The translations under genes were made by a program, and so were the position numbers. From contig CBDDCX010000008.1 in assembly GCA_965226375.1 (NCBI GenBank), positions 1,856,001-1,920,000 on the forward strand: 64,000 nt of DNA, given 5' to 3'. The DNA comes from Longimicrobiales bacterium. GTDB lineage: Bacteria; Gemmatimonadota; Gemmatimonadetes; Longimicrobiales; Gaopeijiaceae. Shown in pieces: positions 60,459 to 64,000 of the stretch. The notes beneath the pieces were generated by a model that was given only the letters and a program-made list of their open reading frames with translations, did no database searches and was not told the origin of the DNA. Every line of letters starts with the position of its first letter. The first letter of the stretch is position 1.

Positions 60459-61583
60459 CTACCTCGATAAAAAGACGGTGATGTGTTCAGTCCTGTCATT
60501 CGCCATTGCGAAGTCCAACCGTCCGTCGGCGTCGAAATCTCCCGTCGCAAAGCCGTAGGGACGCCCGTCGACCTCGAGACGATGCAGGATGGGCGAGTCG
60601 CCTCCCGTCAGAACGGCGACTTCGCTTCCCATGTAGCTCGCCACCAAGACCTCGGCGTGGCCGTCTCCCGTCAGGTCCACTGTGGCGCTCTTCGTCGGCC
60701 CGATCCCGATGTCGTAGTGGCGGGCGGTCCGAAACGACCCCTCGGCACCGCCAAGCCATATGGCCAGGGAACCCACCCCTTCTCCCGAGCCGGCAGCCAA
60801 GTCAGCGAAGCCGTCGCCATTCAGATCCGCCGCCACAATGGAGAACGGGTCGAACTCGGGCCGGAGGACCACATCCTGTGTGAACCTGCCTGATCCGTCC
60901 CCCACGAGCACGGATACGTGGTCGGGATTCGGAGTCACCAAGTCGATGAGGCCGTCACTATTGAGGTCGACCAGAGTCATCCCTCGGTAAGGGTCGCCGC
61001 CCACGTCTATTCGTGTCGATGGGCCCGACTCTGAGAACGTGCCATCCCCAACGCCCCTGAAGAGACGGATCGATTCAGCCCCTCGGTCGTCGACCATAAG
61101 GTCCGCGTGGCCGTCTGCATCAATGTCCTGCAGTCGCACAGCATGAGGATGGGGGGCAACGCTCACCTGGAGTTGCGAGTAGCTCTTGCGCTCGAAGCGC
61201 CCACCCGGAACGCCAAACAGCAGGGTGACGTAGTTCGTCTCGTGGTTCGCGACTGCTAGATCTCGCAACCCATCCTCATCGAGATCCGCTAGCGCCAAAT
61301 CAACCGGATTCTCGCCGGCCTCGACGGACGATGAGACGTCGAACTGCCCGTCACCGCGACCGTGCAGCACGAGGACTCTGCCTCCTCCCGGCACAACGAG
61401 CTCGAGCTGGCCGTCGCCGTCGAGATCGGAGGCCAGAATCGCACTGGTGGTGACTCCAACGAAGACATCCACCCGGTCGAACGACAGCTGACTCTCTTGG
61501 TCAGCCAGAGACGCCGCACACCCGACACTGGGGGTTGTGAGGACCGCACATCCCAGAGACCACCACCTCGACGTCATCTTCAC
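60459..61583 (-). CDS. FG-GAP/VCBS repeat exported protein
   Basis: Seven DLDGDG/DLNxDG-type repeats. Confidence 0.88.
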   Translation of the reverse strand: MKMTSRWWSLGCAVLTTPSVGCAASLADQESQLSFDRVDVFVGVTTSAILASDLDGDGQLELVVPGGGRVLVLHGRGDGQFDVSSSVEAGENPVDLALADLDEDGLRDLAVANHETNYVTLLFGVPGGRFERKSYSQLQVSVAPHPHAVRLQDIDADGHADLMVDDRGAESIRLFRGVGDGTFSESGPSTRIDVGGDPYRGMTLVDLNSDGLIDLVTPNPDHVSVLVGDGSGRFTQDVVLRPEFDPFSIVAADLNGDGFADLAAGSGEGVGSLAIWLGGAEGSFRTARHYDIGIGPTKSATVDLTGDGHAEVLVASYMGSEVAVLTGGDSPILHRLEVDGRPYGFATGDFDADGRLDFAMANDRTEHITVFLSR

Positions 61584-61687
61584 CGCACGCCACTCCCGAC
61601 TCTAGCCCGCGTCTCGCGATTCTTTATCACAAACAACTTGCACACAGCAGACCAAGTGCGCGAGTCCTCCGGCCCTACGTGCGCCGT

Positions 61688-61735
61688 CTACTCGGCCCGG
61701 AGTACCTCCGCGGGGTCTAACCGGATTGCCTGGCG
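61688..61735 (-). pseudogene. Last 15 residues of another ADOP-type permease
   Basis: RQAIRLDPAEVLRAE*, compare RRAVRVDPVVTLGAE* at 63594. Upstream frame is unrelated and closed. Confidence 0.65.
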
Positions 61736-61999
61736 GTGCCTTTGATGTAGGCGGTGACGACATTACATGAGTCTTATGCCCTGTCCGGGCCAACTGAGTA
61801 CGGTAACCAGACGCTCCCCCGCCTGGCCCGTCCATTACCGCATACCCTACCTTGCCTCCCAGACCCATTGCCGACTGGATGGACGTGAGGGTGTGTTCGA
61901 CGAACGGGGAGACGGCGACCCGTTCAGGTAAGCTCGTGGACCGCGATCCGGAGAACCATCGGGTCTGCGTCAGAGAGGAGGAGGTCGGGAGTTGAGCAT

Positions 62000-62443
62000 A
62001 TGGATTCCATAACGATCTACACAGCCGGCGAGATCCACAGCGACTGGCGCGACCGCTTTCGCGCCGCGCTCCAGGCGGCCGGCGTGAGCGCTACGTTAGT
62101 AGGTCCTAACCCCGAGCATGATCGTTCAGACTCGGTCGGCGAAGATATTCTCGGTGAGCAGCCGGGCCCACAGTACCGCGACCTCATGGGTGCCCGGGTC
62201 AACACGCTACGTACGCGTATCCTCCTCCGAAAGGCGGATCTGGTGGTGGCCTATTTCGGTCACCAGTATCGGCAGTGGAACACCGCTTCCGACGCCGGCG
62301 CGGCCGTGGCCTCCGGGCTTCCGCTGATCCTGGTTAGGGACGCGGAGCTGATCCACGCGCTCAAGGAGCTCGACGCCCTGGCCACGCTCACCGTGGAGAC
62401 GCTGGAGCAGGCGGCCGAGGCAGTGGCATACATATCGGAGTAG
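62000..62443 (+). CDS. YtoQ-family protein
   Basis: YTAGEIHSDWR, PEHDRSD, YRQWN, HALKE. Confidence 0.85.
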   Translation: MDSITIYTAGEIHSDWRDRFRAALQAAGVSATLVGPNPEHDRSDSVGEDILGEQPGPQYRDLMGARVNTLRTRILLRKADLVVAYFGHQYRQWNTASDAGAAVASGLPLILVRDAELIHALKELDALATLTVETLEQAAEAVAYISE

Positions 62444-62495
62444 GCGGGGTGGGGCTTCCGCCCAATGGGGCCTCGAACGCCCTGGAGATGAGCAG

Positions 62496-63458
62496 ATGAC
62501 CGAGACAGCCTGGACCCGAGATCTGACCCCGGACATGCGTTAGCGGCTGAAGGATCTTCACAAGCCGAGGCCGTGGATCTCGGTAAGGAAAATCGCCGTT
62601 TTGCTCGCCATATGGGGAACGTTGGGAGCCACGGCTATCGCGGTCGAATCCTGGTGGGTGCGCGTTCCCTGTTGGCTCGTGATCGGACTCGTGTTCCACG
62701 GACTCGGCGTGGCCATGCACGACGGGGCCCACGGAGCGCTGTTCCACAAGGGTGCGACAGACCGTTTCGTAGGCTTCCTTTGTGGCCTGCCACTCGCGTT
62801 TTCCTGCAGTGCGTATCGCGCTACACACATGCTGCATCACCGCTACGAGAATACCGCCAAGGATCCGGACAACCTCTATGCCGCCGTGCCCAACAAGACC
62901 ATGAGGTTCATCCTCTACTACAGTTGGTACGTCGTCGGAATGGTGTTGTATATAGGAACCGTGATCGCAACGGGACCGTTCCGGGCCGAAGGTTGGAAAG
63001 AGAAAGGCCTCTGTGTGGTCGAGGCGGTAGTGATGCTTTCTTTCTATTACAGTGCATATCTGGCGACCCTCACGTTCGGGCTGACGGAGGTCGTGTTGTA
63101 CGGTTGGTTGGCTGCCCTTCCGTTCGCGATGGTCATCGCCAACATTCGGGGGCTCGCGGAGCACACGCTCCTCGAACAGGCTTGTCCGCCGGATCCCCTC
63201 AAGGCCACTCGCACCACGCTCAGTCATACGGTGATCTCTTTCTTTTTCAGCAACCAGAACTATCACCTCGAGCATCACCTGTTTCCGACAATCCCGTGGT
63301 ATAACCTGCCCGGGGTGCATGAAGTGCTGAGACCCATCTACGAGGCGCGTGGGGCCTCGATCTGCGACGGGTACCTTCAGTACGTCGCCGATGCCTTCAG
63401 GCATGGCCCGATGAAGGGCATCCAGTACGTCAGTGGTAGCCGCACCGTGGTGGGTTGA
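62496..63458 (+). pseudogene. Membrane fatty-acid desaturase-family gene with an in-frame TAG at codon 16
   Basis: His boxes HDGAH, HMLHH, HLEHH. ATG at 62496 is in frame; TAG at 62541-62543. Confidence 0.75.
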
Positions 63459-63593
63459 GGGACGCCGCGGCGATCACTCGTTTGATCCAGATCAACGAGG
63501 CCCACGACTTTTCGTACGACCGCGAGGAGTTGGTGCGGATGCTCGACGAGGCTCTGCAGCGGTCGAGAGGCTAGGATCGTTGGGGCGGAGAAG

Positions 63594-63998
63594 CTACTCC
63601 GCCCCCAACGTCACCACGGGATCGACCCTGACCGCTCGTCTCACGGGCACGAGTGTGGCGAGCACCGAGACGATCGCCACCCCCGCGGCAGCGGCTGCAT
63701 ACGTCAGCGGGTCCAGACTCTGCACGCCGCACAACAGCGACTCCATGAGCCGAGCGAGTCCGGCGGAAGCGCCCAGCCCGATCACCACACCGGCACCAAT
63801 CATCACAAACCCACTCTGCAGCACGAGGCGGCGCACGTCTGGGAGTCCGGCTCCCAGCGCAATGCGGATCCCGATCTCACGCGTGGGCTGGCTGACGCTG
63901 TAGGACACGACCCCGTATATGCCTATGAACGCCAGCAACATGGCGACAAGAGTGGCCCCACCCAGTAGCGTCAGGGTGTACGTCGTCCTCAGCATTGA
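63594..63998 (-). CDS. ADOP/FtsX-type ABC permease, C-terminal part (runs off the window edge)
   Basis: IGIYGVVSYSVSQ..REIGIRIALGA, DPLTY, RRAVRVDP. Confidence 0.85.
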   Translation of the reverse strand, partial: SMLRTTYTLTLLGGATLVAMLLAFIGIYGVVSYSVSQPTREIGIRIALGAGLPDVRRLVLQSGFVMIGAGVVIGLGASAGLARLMESLLCGVQSLDPLTYAAAAAGVAIVSVLATLVPVRRAVRVDPVVTLGAE

Positions 63999-64000
63999 AA

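Noticed and set aside
62541..62543. In-frame TAG as pyrrolysine
   Set aside because: Non-catalytic position, no pyl genes in view, and TAG is used as a normal stop throughout the window.

Overview
GC-rich, gene-dense bacterial chromosome segment. The gene families (Ser/Thr kinase with TolB/PD40 propeller, PadR plus ADOP-type permeases, CBM9/DUF5916, LVIVD, TolB_N/TPR proteins) suggest Gemmatimonadota; this is inference only. Contents: an SSS transporter with a GH4 glycosidase, a threonine/amino-acid catabolism cluster (tdh, kbl, OCD-like, dehydratase), an NAD-linked formate dehydrogenase, many exported peptidases, hydrolases and lipoproteins, a serpin, soxR, and three IS elements or remnants. 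Highlights: (1) a translationally coupled three-gene lipid operon of PlsC acyltransferase, a Tam41-like (mitochondrial-type) CDP-DAG synthase candidate and a PIP-synthase-like CDP-alcohol phosphotransferase; (2) a multicopper-oxidase homologue that keeps its T1 site but has lost 3 of 8 trinuclear-cluster histidines; (3) two selenoproteins that the ORF track splits or truncates (FdhA and a UxxC DsbA/FrnE-like protein), each with a SECIS-like hairpin; (4) a textbook SoxR-type promoter; (5) about ten abrupt gene-fragment junctions plus several frameshifts and one nonsense codon, indicating genome decay or mis-assembly. I recognised no rRNA, tRNA or CRISPR array. All family calls come from motif recognition by eye, not from database searches.
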